In this document: positions 8,774 through 19,822 of the stretch, in pieces
How positions within the stretch are numbered: position 1 is the stretch's first letter
How the letters are laid out: each line of letters begins with the position of its first letter
Assembly: GCA_031384385.1 (NCBI GenBank)
Contig: JANNAN010000008.1
Coordinates: forward strand, 1-42,058
Direction of reading: 5' to 3'
Origin: Candidatus Tayloriibacteriota bacterium
Lineage (GTDB): Bacteria > Patescibacteriota > Minisyncoccia > Phycocordibacterales > PALSA-1337
DNA: 42,058 nt
Notes under the pieces: model-generated
The model's database searches: none
Told to the model about the DNA's origin: nothing
What the model saw: the letters and a program-made list of their open reading frames with translations, nothing else
Made by a program: the position numbers and the translations under genes

Positions 8774-9262
8774 ATGGCAAGAACAAAAATAGAAAAGAAG
8801 GAAATTCTTGAAAAACTTGAAGGAATTGTAAAAGATGCAAAATCAATGGTCTTTGTAAACTTTCATGGTTTGAATGTAGGTGATACAACAAATGTTCGTA
8901 GAAAATTAAAAAGTGAAAATGTAGGTTTTTTTGTTTCAAAGAAATCTCTTACGAAAAAAGTTCTAGATGCAAAGAAAATTGAAGGTATACTTCCTGAACT
9001 TGTTGGCGAAGTAGGTCTTGCATATGGTGCAGATCTTATTGCTCCAGCTCGTGAAATTTACGAATTTCAAAAGAAGCATAAAGGATGCATTTCAATTTTG
9101 GGAGGTGTATTCGAAGGAAAGTTTATGTCAAAAGAAGAAATGATGGGCATAGCCCTAATTCCTTCACAAAAAACTCTTCAAGCAATGTTTGTTAATGTTA
9201 TTAACTCTCCTATTCAAGGATTTGTTATGGCACTTGATCAAATTGCAAAAAAGAAAGTATAG
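8774..9262 (+). CDS. rplJ: 50S ribosomal protein L10
   Basis: L10-like sequence (GLNVGD..NVRRKL, VSKKSL, LGGVFEG) directly upstream of rplL. Confidence 0.95.
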   Translation: MARTKIEKKEILEKLEGIVKDAKSMVFVNFHGLNVGDTTNVRRKLKSENVGFFVSKKSLTKKVLDAKKIEGILPELVGEVGLAYGADLIAPAREIYEFQKKHKGCISILGGVFEGKFMSKEEMMGIALIPSQKTLQAMFVNVINSPIQGFVMALDQIAKKKV

Positions 9263-9297
9263 TAAAATTATTAAATTAAATTAATTAAATTATTAAA

Positions 9298-9675
9298 ATG
9301 GAAAACGTAGAAATCCCAGCAAAGTTTAAATCAATTGTGGAAGCAGTTGAAACAATGTCAGTATTAGATCTAAATGAATTAGTAAAACTTTTAGAAAAGA
9401 AATTTGGTGTATCTGCAGCAGCAGTTGCAACAGCAGCTCCAGTAGTAGCCGCAGCAGAAGAGAAGAGTACAGTGGCTCTTCATCTAGCAGCCGCTGGAGA
9501 CCAAAAGATCGCAGTTATTAAGGTTATCAAGGAAGTTCTAGCCCTTGGTCTTAAAGAAGCAAAGGATATGGTAGACGGAGCTCCAATTTTAGTTAAAGAT
9601 GGAATGAAGAAAGAAGATGCAGATGTTCTAAAGAAGAAAATTGAAGATGCTGGAGGAAAGGTAGAATATAAATAA
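9298..9675 (+). CDS. rplL: 50S ribosomal protein L7/L12
   Basis: [27 protein letters not shown]. Confidence 0.97.
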   Translation: MENVEIPAKFKSIVEAVETMSVLDLNELVKLLEKKFGVSAAAVATAAPVVAAAEEKSTVALHLAAAGDQKIAVIKVIKEVLALGLKEAKDMVDGAPILVKDGMKKEDADVLKKKIEDAGGKVEYK

Positions 9676-9698
9676 ATCTATAAATTAGATTAAATAAG

Positions 9699-9734
9699 AA
9701 ATCACCAAGTCTAATGACAGACTGGTGATTTTTT
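9699..9734 (+). terminator. Intrinsic terminator after rplL
   Basis: aaatcacc...ggtgattt stem followed by a T tract. Confidence 0.7.
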
Positions 9735-9750
9735 GTTATTATATATTCCT

Positions 9751-10377
9751 ATGGAAATTTTAGCTAAATTATTCGGAAGTGCTACAAAAATAAAGTTAAT
9801 GAGACTTTTTCTATTTAATCAAGAGATTGCGTATCCTATTTCAGATATTGTACAAAGAACAAAATCTACGTCAAAAGATGTGAAGAAAGAAATACTCGGT
9901 CTAATAAATGTTGGTCTTGTAAAGAAGAAACATATTATTCGCGAAATACATATAAAGAAGGGGAAAAAAGTTAATATTAAAAAAGTACAGGATACTGGTT
10001 ATTTATTAGATCAAAAATTTTCTTATCTACAAGCATTAAAAAATCTTCTTATAACAGTTAGTCTTCATGCTGATGACAATTTGGTAAAGAAATTTGCAAG
10101 TGTTGGAAGAATTAAATTATTTATTGCTTCTGGAGTATTTATTCAAGAGTGGGATACAAGAGTAGATTTACTTATTGTTGGTGATGATTTGAGTTTAATA
10201 AAATTGGATAATGTAATAAAATCTATTGAAGCAGAAATAGGTAAAGAAATATCATATTCAGCTTTTGAAACTGTTGATTTTGAATATAGATATGGAATGC
10301 ATGATCGTCTGATCAGAGATATTATGGATTTCCCACATACCACTCTTGTGGATAAGCTCGAAATCAATACTAAATAG
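9751..10377 (+). CDS. Winged-helix plus nucleotidyltransferase-like domain protein
   Basis: N-terminal LFGS.TKIKLMRLFL HTH-like region; C-terminal SG.F...VDLLIVGD. ATG 9751 preferred as start. Confidence 0.55.
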   Translation: MEILAKLFGSATKIKLMRLFLFNQEIAYPISDIVQRTKSTSKDVKKEILGLINVGLVKKKHIIREIHIKKGKKVNIKKVQDTGYLLDQKFSYLQALKNLLITVSLHADDNLVKKFASVGRIKLFIASGVFIQEWDTRVDLLIVGDDLSLIKLDNVIKSIEAEIGKEISYSAFETVDFEYRYGMHDRLIRDIMDFPHTTLVDKLEINTK

Positions 10378-10428
10378 GCGTGGTATAATTTATGCATTAT
10401 CAATTATTAGAATTAATTTAAATAATAC

Positions 10429-11121
10429 ATGAATTTTGTACAAAACTGGGGTGAGGTATTCACTCAATCATTGCAGGGAATTTGGTTCGGTGTAGCTAGT
10501 TTTATTCCAACACTTCTTATCGCAATAATCATTTTTGCAATTGGTTGGATACTCGCTACTCTTATTGAAAAGCTTGTAGAAGGTCTTTTTAAAACATTCA
10601 AGGTTGATGCTGCTCTAAAGAGTGCAGGTCTTGAAGATATTATAAAGCGTTCTGGATACAATCTAAATTCAGGTCGTTTCATTGGAGGTCTAGTGAAATG
10701 GTTTGTGGTAGTTGTATTTTTGATTGCGTCTTTTGATATTATTGGATTAAGTCAGGTCAATCTATTTTTGAAGGATATTGTTCTATCATATTTACCACAA
10801 GTTATCGTAGCGGTACTTGTACTTATGATTGCTGTTGTTATTTCTGATGCAGTTCAAAAAATTGTTATTGCTTCAGCAAAAGCAGCTCATATAAAGTCAG
10901 CAGCACTTCTAGGTTCAATTTCAAAATGGGCTATTTGGATATTTGCTATTCTTACAGCTTTGATTCAATTAGGAATTGCGCCAGGTCTTTTACAAACATT
11001 ATTTATGGGAATTGTGGTTGCAGCAGCACTTGCGCTAGGACTATCATTTGGTCTTGGAGGAAAGGATGCAGCATCTAGAATTTTAGAAAAGACAATAAGT
11101 AAAGTTTCAGAAAGAGAATAG
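10429..11121 (+). CDS. TM-helix-repeat membrane protein (CmpX/MscS N-terminal-like)
   Basis: Repeated FIP.LL.A / YLP.VIVA helices; ALALGLSFGLGGKD. Confidence 0.75.
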   Translation: MNFVQNWGEVFTQSLQGIWFGVASFIPTLLIAIIIFAIGWILATLIEKLVEGLFKTFKVDAALKSAGLEDIIKRSGYNLNSGRFIGGLVKWFVVVVFLIASFDIIGLSQVNLFLKDIVLSYLPQVIVAVLVLMIAVVISDAVQKIVIASAKAAHIKSAALLGSISKWAIWIFAILTALIQLGIAPGLLQTLFMGIVVAAALALGLSFGLGGKDAASRILEKTISKVSERE

Positions 11122-11139
11122 TAAAAACAAGGTTTTTAA

Positions 11140-11249
11140 AGATAAAAGGCAATAATTTCGAGGAGACTCCGCAGGCGCGCAGGCGCCGAGGATTAGGAAG
11201 TTTTCAACAGAAAACTTTCGTGTCTACGAGAAGTAATTGCCTTTTGTCT
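11140..11249. repeat. Long intergenic stem enclosing a GC-rich structured insert
   Basis: agataaaaggcaat / attgccttttgtct arms; internal gcaggcgc x2 and a gaagttttc-aaca-gaaaacttt hairpin. Confidence 0.55.
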
Positions 11250-11259
11250 TATCTAACTA

Positions 11260-11287
11260 TTGACTTTATTTTGCCTTCATATATACT
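11260..11287 (+). promoter_or_regulatory. 23S-5S promoter
   Basis: TTGACT-N16-TATACT; shares ttgactttatt with the 16S promoter. Confidence 0.7.
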
Positions 11288-12150
11288 GTTCTCTACACAG
11301 AAATATGTTAAGAAATCATTATTTTAAACGGCCATAACCACACCCTTTAAAAGGTGTAGAAATGAGTCGCTTAAAAAGCGGTTTTTTTGTAAAAATTTCA
11401 AAAGAAATTTCCGAACGACCGATACATTGACAATTTAATACTCCAACAATCTTGAACAATCAGAAGGTTGTTGGGGAAAAAGGTAATACTGTAATACATA
11501 TATATGATGAGGGTTTTTTCGAATATATATGTAGATATAGTATGTTGTTAAATAAACAGCCAAAAATATTAAATTATTTTTGTGCATGTTGTAGACAGAT
11601 AATTGTGGTTTTTAGATTTCCTAATGGGAAATTTAAGAGTATATGGTGGATGCCTTGGCTTCTAAGAAGCGATGAAGGACGTGGCGTGGCGACGATATGT
11701 TTCGGGGAGGTGCCTAGCAACCTTTGATCCGAAAATTTCCGAATGAGGAAACTCTCTGACTTCGAGTCAGAATTAAACAGCTTGACTGTTTAATGCACAC
11801 CCAGGGAAGTAAAACATTTCAGTACCTGGAGGAATAGAAACAAATATGAATTTCGTAAGTAGCGGCGAGCGAAAGCGGAAGAGCCCAAACCTAACCTTAA
11901 TCGTATTGCGGGACGCAAGTCTTGTGATGCGATTAAGGTTGGGGGTAGTAAGGTGAGAACGTACCATTTATGGTAGAAAAGTTACAAAATTTTTTGATAG
12001 AAGAATAAGCTGGAAAGCTTAGCCCTAGAAGGTGATAGCCCTGTAGTCGAAATCAAAAAATCTTTTTTGTTCTCATTCTTGAGTACCTCAAGACACGAAT
12101 GGCTTGAGGGAATCTGCCGGAACTAACCGGTAAGGCTAAATATTCTAGAA

Positions 12151-12190
<40 letters not shown>

Positions 12191-12763
12191 CAGCCCGGTA
12201 AGGGCGATGAAATAGACCTGAAACCATATATTTACAAGGAGTAGAAGAGGTAGCAATACCTCGACTGCGTGCCTATTGAAGAATGAGCCAACGAGTTGAT
12301 GCATGTTGCAGGCTAAGCGCGAGAGCGTGGAGCCACAGGGAAACCGAGTGTGAATAGCGCGTTAGTAGTATGCATCAGACCCGAAGCCAGATGAGCTTGC
12401 CTTGAGCAGGTTGAAGTTTGTCGAAAGACAGATGGAGGACCGAACGCTAAAGTTGTGCAATTCTTTGCGATGACTTGAGGTAAGGAGTGATAAGCTAATC
12501 GAATCTGGTAATAGCTGGTTCTCTCCGAAATAGCTTTTGGGCTAGCGTTGAATGTACCCCTCTGGGGTAGAGCACTGGAAGGTTCTGACAGGTCGAAAGA
12601 TCCCTGAACCTATCAAACTCCGAATACAGAGGATTAATTATTCAGCAGTTAGACGGTGGGGGCTAAGCTCCATACGTCAAAAAGGAAACAGCCTAGATCT
12701 CCATTTAAGGTCCCTAAATCTATGTTAAGTACACTTAAGGTGGTTGAATTTCTCAAACAATGA

Positions 12764-12795
<32 letters not shown>

Positions 12796-13602
12796 GAAAG
12801 CGTAACAGCTCACTCATCGAGAGATTCTGCGCCGCAGATAATCGGGGTTAAACATAGTACCGAAACTGAGGATTGTATTTTATTTCGATAATATACAGTG
12901 GTAGGAGAGTATTCTAATCTGCGTTGAAGGCAAAGGCGTGAGCCATGCTGGAGCGTTTAGAAGTAAGAATGTTGGCACAAGTAACCACAATGCGGGTGAG
13001 AATCCCGCACGCCGAAAGAACAAGGTTTCCTTGGCTATGAAAATCAGCCAAGGGTTAGTCGGGCCTAAGGGGATGGTGAAAACCGCACCCGATGGACACA
13101 TGGTTAATATTCCATGACTTTTATATAGAGTGATGAAGTGACGAAGTGCAGTATATGGTGCTCATTATTGGATTTGAGTGCATGCTATAGGGGATTGATC
13201 CAGGAAAATCCGGGTCGTGTCTTTAATGACAATTCCGAGTAGAGTGTAAATGTAGGGGTTCGCCCTTGCAGATATCATAAAGCGCGCTTCCGAGAAAAAC
13301 TTCTAAACTTATCTATATAGGAACCGTACCGCAAACCGACACAGGTGTTCAGGTCGAGTAGACCAAGGCGAACGAGTGAGAGGTCTCCAAGGAACTCGGC
13401 AAAAAATCAGCCGTAACTTCGGAATAAGGCTTGCCCTTTGTTAACTCAAGGGGCCGCAGCTAAAGTATCTCTGGCAACTGTTTATCAAAAACACAGCTCC
13501 CTGCGAACTCGTAAGAGGATGTATAGGGGGTGACACTTGACCAATGCCAGAAGGTCAAATAATGGCGGTGCGATTATATCAAGCTGACTGTTATAAGCCC
13601 TG

Positions 13603-13637
<35 letters not shown>

Positions 13638-13859
13638 TCTGCTACTCATGATTTGAGTGGCAGACGGACTAGGACTGTTATATAGCAAAGGTGTACGTTT
13701 TTAGATAAAATTAGTTAAAACAATTACATAAACAAGCTACCTGTTCATAAGTAATTATGAGCTGAGTCCAATGTGGTTAAATAGAGACCAACACCACACA
13801 TCCGATCTCCGTAAGGTGAGGATGAAGATAGAGTCCTACTGTGCTTAAAGGAATAGTAG
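13638..13859 (+). mobile_element. 222-nt group I-like intron at E. coli position L1931, no ORF
   Basis: Interrupts GGTCCTAAGGT^AGCGAAATTCC; preceded by U, ends in G; S-like AAGATAGAGTCC. Confidence 0.8.
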
Positions 13860-14522
13860 AGCGAAATTCCTTGTCGGGTAAGTTCCGACGCGCACGAATA
13901 GTGTAATGTCTGGAGAACTGTCTCGGAGACTTGCTCGGTGAAAATACAATATCGGTGAAGATGCCGATTACCTACAGTTAGACGAAAAGACCCTAGAAGC
14001 TTTACTGCAACTTGATTTTGACTATATGTTTTTTATGCGTAGCGTAGATGGGAGGATTTGAAGTTTTCTTTTCGGGGAAGATGGATCCGCAAGTGAAATA
14101 CCATTCTTAAAAAATATATATTCTAACCTCAACGGCAAAAACGATGAGAGACAGAATCTGGCGGGCAGTTTTAGTGGGGCGCTATCCTCCTAAAAAGTAA
14201 CGGAGGAGTTTATTAAGGTCAGCTAGCCGTGAATGGAAACCATGGCGATAGTGTATAGGCATAAGCTGGCTTGACTGTGAGACGTACTTGTCAAACAGAT
14301 GCGAAAGCAGAACTAAGTGAACCGACCTTACGCATTAGACGCGGGGGAAGATTATCGGATAAAAGCTACTCTAGGGATAACAGGCTGGTTGCGCCTAAGA
14401 GTTCATATCGACGGCGCAGTTCGGCACCTCGATGTCGGCTCAACTTATCCTGGGGCTGGAGAAGGTCCCAAGGGTTTGGCTGTTCGCCAATTAAAAAGTT
14501 ACGCGAGCTGGGTTCAGACCGT

Positions 14523-14878
14523 TCAGAAGTGAATGGTCGCCAATATAAGATGATTATTGACTGTTGAACAGTCTGAATCACTTCGAGTTAGTGTTAATTA
14601 AAAAATATTTTCGTTTAAAATAATTATAGATCTCAAGATTTATAATAATAAAAGATAAGGAAGTAGATCAATCAAATCACGGCGGTCCAGTATAGAAATA
14701 TATTCGGATCAAGTTAACTAGTATCGGTGGACTCCATTTAATAGTGGATTATACCGAGGGAAGTTGTCAATTAAATTTGGCTACACCCGTAGAGACTAAA
14801 CGTTAACTATCTAATTTGCGCGAAAGCGTAAAAAGATAATGCTATAGTCCAATGCAATGAGTAATCATTGAAAACATG
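14523..14878 (+). mobile_element. 356-nt group I intron at E. coli position L2593, no homing endonuclease
   Basis: Interrupts GGTTCAGACCGT^CGTGAGACAG; U before, terminal G; R motif AGAGACTA, S motif TATAGTCC, P4-like tcggt/accga. Confidence 0.9.
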
Positions 14879-15239
14879 CGTGAGACAGGTTGGTCTCCTA
14901 TCTACTGTAGGCGTTGATTCTTGAGGGGATTTGACTCTAGTACGAGAGGACCGAGTTGAACTGACCTCTGGTCTGACTGCTGTTCTACCAAGAGCATCGC
15001 AGTGTAGCTATGTCGGGAATGGATAACTTCTGAAAGCATCTAAGAAGGAAGCCAGCCCCAAGATTAGGAATCGTTTGAGACCCGTAAGAGATGATTACGT
15101 TGATAGGCTTTAGGTGTACGCATAGCAATATGTTGAGCCGAGAAGTACTAATCCGTCGATCCTATTAGGAAATTTAAGAACCACAATTATTTGTCTATAA
15201 CAATAATTATTTAACAACCTTTTGAAATTGAGTTTTTTG

Positions 15240-15349
15240 TTCTGGTGATTTGGCGCTGTGGAAACACCCGTTCTCATTCCGAACACGGAAGTGAAACGCA
15301 GTTGCGGTGATGATACTCTTATGAAGGGGAAAGTAACTAGTCGCCAGTA
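15240..15349 (+). rRNA. rrf: 5S rRNA
   Basis: CTGGTGA...CCCGTTCTCATTCCGAACACGGAAGTGAA...TCGCCAG. Confidence 0.92.
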
Positions 15350-15382
15350 CAAAGCACTCAATTAATTTGCTATAATACCCTA

Positions 15383-16162
15383 ATGACATCATGGTCTTCA
15401 AGAAGAAAACTGATTTATGGCTCAATTACATTAATTGTGCTTATTTTAATTATTGGAATTCCTGCATTTTTAATTTTGTATAAAGCACCAACTTGTTTTG
15501 ATAAAATTATGAATAGTGATGAAGTAAATGTAGACTGTGGTGGCTCATGCGTACTGCTTTGTCAGAGTTCATTTATATCACCACAGATTGCTTGGGGTGG
15601 TGCAAAGTTTGAAAAGGTTGCTAATGGTCTTTATAATGCAGCAGCTTATGTTATTAATCAAAATTTGAATGGTGGTGCAACAAATGTTCCGTATAAAATT
15701 TCTCTTTTTGACGAAAAAGGAATTTTAATAATTGAAAGAAGTGGTTCTATGAATCTTTATGCCCATAGAAATTCTTTAGCGTTTGAGCCCGCTTTAGATG
15801 TTGGAAAAAGAATACCTGTAAAAGCTACTTTTGAATTTTTACAAGCACCAAATTGGTTTAAGTCTAATGATAATTTGGGAGGTCTTTCAATAATTGATAA
15901 AAAATATATAGAAGATAAGAGTGGTTCTTCATTAGAAGTTACTTTAGAAAATAAAACTCTATTTCCTTATAAAAATATTGATGTCTCTGTTATTCTTTTG
16001 GATTCAAATGATAATGCAATTGGTTTCTCTCGAACAACAATTGATTCCATCGAGTCTAAAAATGGAAGAGAGATTGCACCTTTTACTTGGCCAATTAGTA
16101 GAAAAGGGTCTGTTACTTCAATAGAAGTTTTACCACTTATTACTCCACAATTAGTTAGATAG
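15383..16162 (+). CDS. Membrane-anchored hypothetical protein with Cys motif
   Basis: N-terminal TM helix, CFD.IMN.DE..VDCGGSC, two Ig-like repeats. Confidence 0.75.
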   Translation: MTSWSSRRKLIYGSITLIVLILIIGIPAFLILYKAPTCFDKIMNSDEVNVDCGGSCVLLCQSSFISPQIAWGGAKFEKVANGLYNAAAYVINQNLNGGATNVPYKISLFDEKGILIIERSGSMNLYAHRNSLAFEPALDVGKRIPVKATFEFLQAPNWFKSNDNLGGLSIIDKKYIEDKSGSSLEVTLENKTLFPYKNIDVSVILLDSNDNAIGFSRTTIDSIESKNGREIAPFTWPISRKGSVTSIEVLPLITPQLVR

Positions 16163-16163
16163 T

Positions 16164-17294
16164 ATGAAGAATAAAATCTTGTCACTTTTTGAGGGTATTG
16201 ATTGGATACTATTACTCGCGATATTGCCCCTTTTGGGCGCTGGTTTAATCACTATGAATTCTTTTACTGGTGATGGTATTTTTTTTATTAAACAATCTAT
16301 TTGGATAATTATATCGCTCTGTTTATTTTTTATTCTAAGTTTTATAGATTTTAGATTTTTAAGAAAGACTTGGGTCTCTGTCGTTCTATTTTCTGCATCA
16401 TGTAGTTCTTTGATACTACTTTTCTTGGTTGGTGGAGCCACAAAGGGTGCTGTTTCTTGGTTTAAAATTGGAGCACTTTCACTTCAGCCTTCTGATCCGA
16501 TTAAACTTGTAATTATAATTATTCTTGCAAAATATTTCTCACGAAGACATATTGAAATTGCGAATTATCGCCATATTCTAGTTTCTGGATTTTATGCACT
16601 TGTTATTTTTGTATTAGTTCTTATTCAACCAGCTTTGGGCTCTGCAATAATTATCTTCTTTATTTGGTTCGGTATGGTTCTTGTCTCTGGTATTTCAAAA
16701 AAACATTTACTTGGCATGGCTTTGCTTGGTATTTTTTCATTTGTAATGTTGTGGAATTTTGGTTTTCATGATTATCAAAAAAATCGTATTAAAACTTTCA
16801 TTGATCCTTTTGCTGATATTCATGGAACTGGATATAATGCTTATCAATCTGTTATCGCTGTTGGCTCTGGCCAATTCTTGGGCAAAGGAGTTGGTTATGG
16901 AACTCAATCTAGACTAAACTTTTTACCAGAAAATCATACAGATTTCATATTCGCATCTTTTGCAGAAGAATGGGGTTTTGCTGGAGTGATTATTATGTTC
17001 TTACTTTTTGGAATTATTATTTGGAGAATAATTCGTAATACAATGCATGGCGCTTCGAACTTTGAAATATTATTTGGATCTGGAGTGGCAATTTTAATTA
17101 TTGTTCATTTCATAATTAATGTTGGAATGAATATTCAATTACTACCAGTTACAGGAACTCCATTGCCATTTGTAAGTTATGGAGGCACTCATTTACTTAC
17201 AGAATTTGCTGGATTAGGTATTTTAATGGGTATGCGAAGATACCGCAGAACGGCCCATAAAGATGTTATTAAAAATGAGTTTGTAGGTCCTTAA
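16164..17294 (+). CDS. rodA: SEDS-family rod shape-determining protein RodA
   Basis: LQPSDPIK, YQKNRI, A.GSGQFLGKG, LPENHTDFIF, P.TG.PLPFVSYGG. Confidence 0.88.
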   Translation: MKNKILSLFEGIDWILLLAILPLLGAGLITMNSFTGDGIFFIKQSIWIIISLCLFFILSFIDFRFLRKTWVSVVLFSASCSSLILLFLVGGATKGAVSWFKIGALSLQPSDPIKLVIIIILAKYFSRRHIEIANYRHILVSGFYALVIFVLVLIQPALGSAIIIFFIWFGMVLVSGISKKHLLGMALLGIFSFVMLWNFGFHDYQKNRIKTFIDPFADIHGTGYNAYQSVIAVGSGQFLGKGVGYGTQSRLNFLPENHTDFIFASFAEEWGFAGVIIMFLLFGIIIWRIIRNTMHGASNFEILFGSGVAILIIVHFIINVGMNIQLLPVTGTPLPFVSYGGTHLLTEFAGLGILMGMRRYRRTAHKDVIKNEFVGP

Positions 17295-18396
17295 TCATTT
17301 TTTCAATAGAAAAATCCCGTAAGATTTTTTCGTGTATAGCCAATGCATATTCGCCACGAATCTTTTTGTGCTCTATATAGAATTCAATAGCATGTTTAAT
17401 TTCCCTAGATTTTCTTGGTTGTATAAGAATTCCAGATTTCATATCATCAATGATTTCAGGAATACCTCCAACTGCTGTTGCTATAATTGGCAAGCTTGAA
17501 AGACCAGCTTCTAATGCAATATAAGGCAAACCTTCTGATAAAGAGGGAAGTAAAAATATATCAAAAGCTTTTAAATATTGATATGCATTTGGAATATGTC
17601 CAAGCATAAATACATTTGATTCTAATTCCAAATCTTTTATCATTTTATTTAAGTTTTCTTTTTCCTCACCATTTCCAATTATTACATAAATGATTTTATG
17701 ATTTGTGATTTCCTTTATGCCCCTGAGTGCATATTCATAACCTTTAATATGATGTAATTCTCCAACACTACCAATAATAATAGTATTTTTTAATTTTAAT
17801 ATTTCTGCAAATTTGGGATCTATTTTTGAAAGTTCATGTCTTGAATTTATCTTTGAAAATCCAGCTTCGTTCTTAATTCCATTGTGAATTACAGTGATTT
17901 TTTTAAATACAAATGGCCAATTTTCAATTTGAAATTTTGCTTCCCCTGAAACCGCTATTGTTGTATGAGATAAAATAATAGTAATCCAATAGCTTAATTT
18001 GATTAAGGTTTTAGAAAAAAAAGTTCTATTTTCATTGAATGCCCAACCGTGCGCGGTGAATATTATTTTTTTAACTCCAGTTAATCTTCCAGCCAAAGCT
18101 CCAAGTCCACCAATTTTTGAACTATTAACATGTAAAATATCTGGTTCTCTTTCTCCAATAATTGAAATTAATTTAAAAAATGCCTTAATATCTTCTAAAA
18201 AACTAATATTTCTGCCAATAGGTAAATTGCCATTTGCCTTAATTCCAGCATCAATCAATTTGTCTATAAGCGGACCATTCCCACCAGCCATAACTTCTAC
18301 TTCGTAGGAGTTTGGGGATAGATTTGTAGCTACATCATAAACATAACGCTGTGCACCACCCCAATTTGATTTAGTTATAAAGATTAGCACTTTCAT
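17269..18396 (-). CDS. Glycosyltransferase family 4
   Basis: GGAQRYV, FTAHGW, FLLPSLSEGLPY..LEA, VGGIPEII. Confidence 0.92.
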   Translation of the reverse strand: MKVLIFITKSNWGGAQRYVYDVATNLSPNSYEVEVMAGGNGPLIDKLIDAGIKANGNLPIGRNISFLEDIKAFFKLISIIGEREPDILHVNSSKIGGLGALAGRLTGVKKIIFTAHGWAFNENRTFFSKTLIKLSYWITIILSHTTIAVSGEAKFQIENWPFVFKKITVIHNGIKNEAGFSKINSRHELSKIDPKFAEILKLKNTIIIGSVGELHHIKGYEYALRGIKEITNHKIIYVIIGNGEEKENLNKMIKDLELESNVFMLGHIPNAYQYLKAFDIFLLPSLSEGLPYIALEAGLSSLPIIATAVGGIPEIIDDMKSGILIQPRKSREIKHAIEFYIEHKKIRGEYALAIHEKILRDFSIEKMIKDLQTHF

Positions 18397-18442
18397 GCCA
18401 TTAGAGTACCATTTTTAGTGATTTTTGTGTATTATATCGCCT

Positions 18443-19777
18443 ATGGGAACAATTCATAAAAAAGAGTATCTAGGGCTATTTTTAGGTGATATTATTGTGC
18501 TTTTTGTATCTCTCGTTCTAACTTTGACTTTTAGATATGGTGAATTACCATCTCAATCATTGCTTTTAATTCATCTAAAACCATTCGCCATTCTATTCAT
18601 TGGTTTTCTTTTGGTAAACTTTATTTCTGGTCTCTATGAAAAGCATACTATTTCTTTTAAAAATAAACTTCCGATAACTCTTTTAAATGTTCAAATTGTG
18701 AATGCTGCTGTGGGAATTTCGTTTTTTTATCTTTTTCCAATTTTTTCAATTGCCCCTAAATTTTTACTGTTTTTGTATTTAGTCATTTCTCTTGTTTTGA
18801 TGTATGCATGGAGAATGTTTATTTTATATAAATCAGGATCAAAGAAAACTCAAAAAGCTCTAATGATTGCCGATAGTTATGAAGCAGAAGAATTAAAAAA
18901 AGAAATTAATAATAATTCCAGATACAATATTACTTTTCTAGAAATAATTAAACCCACAGTCAGTTCAAAAGAAATTATTGAATTAATAAATAAGCAAAAT
19001 ATTTCTGTAATTGTTATTGATACTAGACATCCTGCTTTGGTTGATGTTATACCAGAATTATATTCCTTAGCTATCTCCGGAATTATTTTTATTGATATAA
19101 GTAAAATGTACGAAGATGTTTTTGATTGTATTCCACTATCTATGATTCGCCAGAGCTGGTTTATTGAACATATGTCGTCATCTTCTTCAAGAACAATACA
19201 CGATTTAATTAAAAGATTGATCGATATTACATTTTCATTATTTGCTGGTATAATTTTATTTGTCTTCTATCCTTTTGTAATTTTAGCCATTAAGCTTGAT
19301 GATGGTGGAGTTATATTTAGTTATCAAAAAAGAGTAGGTCAATATAATAAAATTGTGAATATAGCAAAATTTAGAACGATGAGTATTGCTAATGATAATG
19401 GACAATGGGGAAGTGTAGAAAATAAAGTGACTAGAGTGGGTTCATTTTTGAGAAAATTAAGAATTGATGAATTACCACAATTGTGGAATGTTCTTCGTGG
19501 GGATGTATCACTTATTGGTCCTAGACCAGAATTTCCAGAACCCGTTAAAAAGTATTCAGAAGAAATTTCATATTATAATTTCCGACATATTGTTAAGCCA
19601 GGGCTTTCTGGTTGGGCACAGATTTATGGAGAACATCCACATCATGGTGTTGATATTGAAAAGACTTCAAATAAGCTATCTTATGATCTTTATTATATAA
19701 AACATAGATCTTTTTTGCTTGATGTCAAAATTCTCTTGAGAACAATAAAGATTCTGCTCACTTTTGTTGGTAGATAG
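18443..19777 (+). CDS. Polyprenyl glycosylphosphotransferase (initiating sugar transferase)
   Basis: KRLIDI, KFRTM, RIDELPQLWNVL.G.SLIGPRPE, KPGLSGWAQ, YDLYYI. Confidence 0.92.
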   Translation: MGTIHKKEYLGLFLGDIIVLFVSLVLTLTFRYGELPSQSLLLIHLKPFAILFIGFLLVNFISGLYEKHTISFKNKLPITLLNVQIVNAAVGISFFYLFPIFSIAPKFLLFLYLVISLVLMYAWRMFILYKSGSKKTQKALMIADSYEAEELKKEINNNSRYNITFLEIIKPTVSSKEIIELINKQNISVIVIDTRHPALVDVIPELYSLAISGIIFIDISKMYEDVFDCIPLSMIRQSWFIEHMSSSSSRTIHDLIKRLIDITFSLFAGIILFVFYPFVILAIKLDDGGVIFSYQKRVGQYNKIVNIAKFRTMSIANDNGQWGSVENKVTRVGSFLRKLRIDELPQLWNVLRGDVSLIGPRPEFPEPVKKYSEEISYYNFRHIVKPGLSGWAQIYGEHPHHGVDIEKTSNKLSYDLYYIKHRSFLLDVKILLRTIKILLTFVGR

Positions 19778-19822
19778 TATTTCAATTGCAAAAAATCATT
19801 AAATCTCTATAATATACACATT

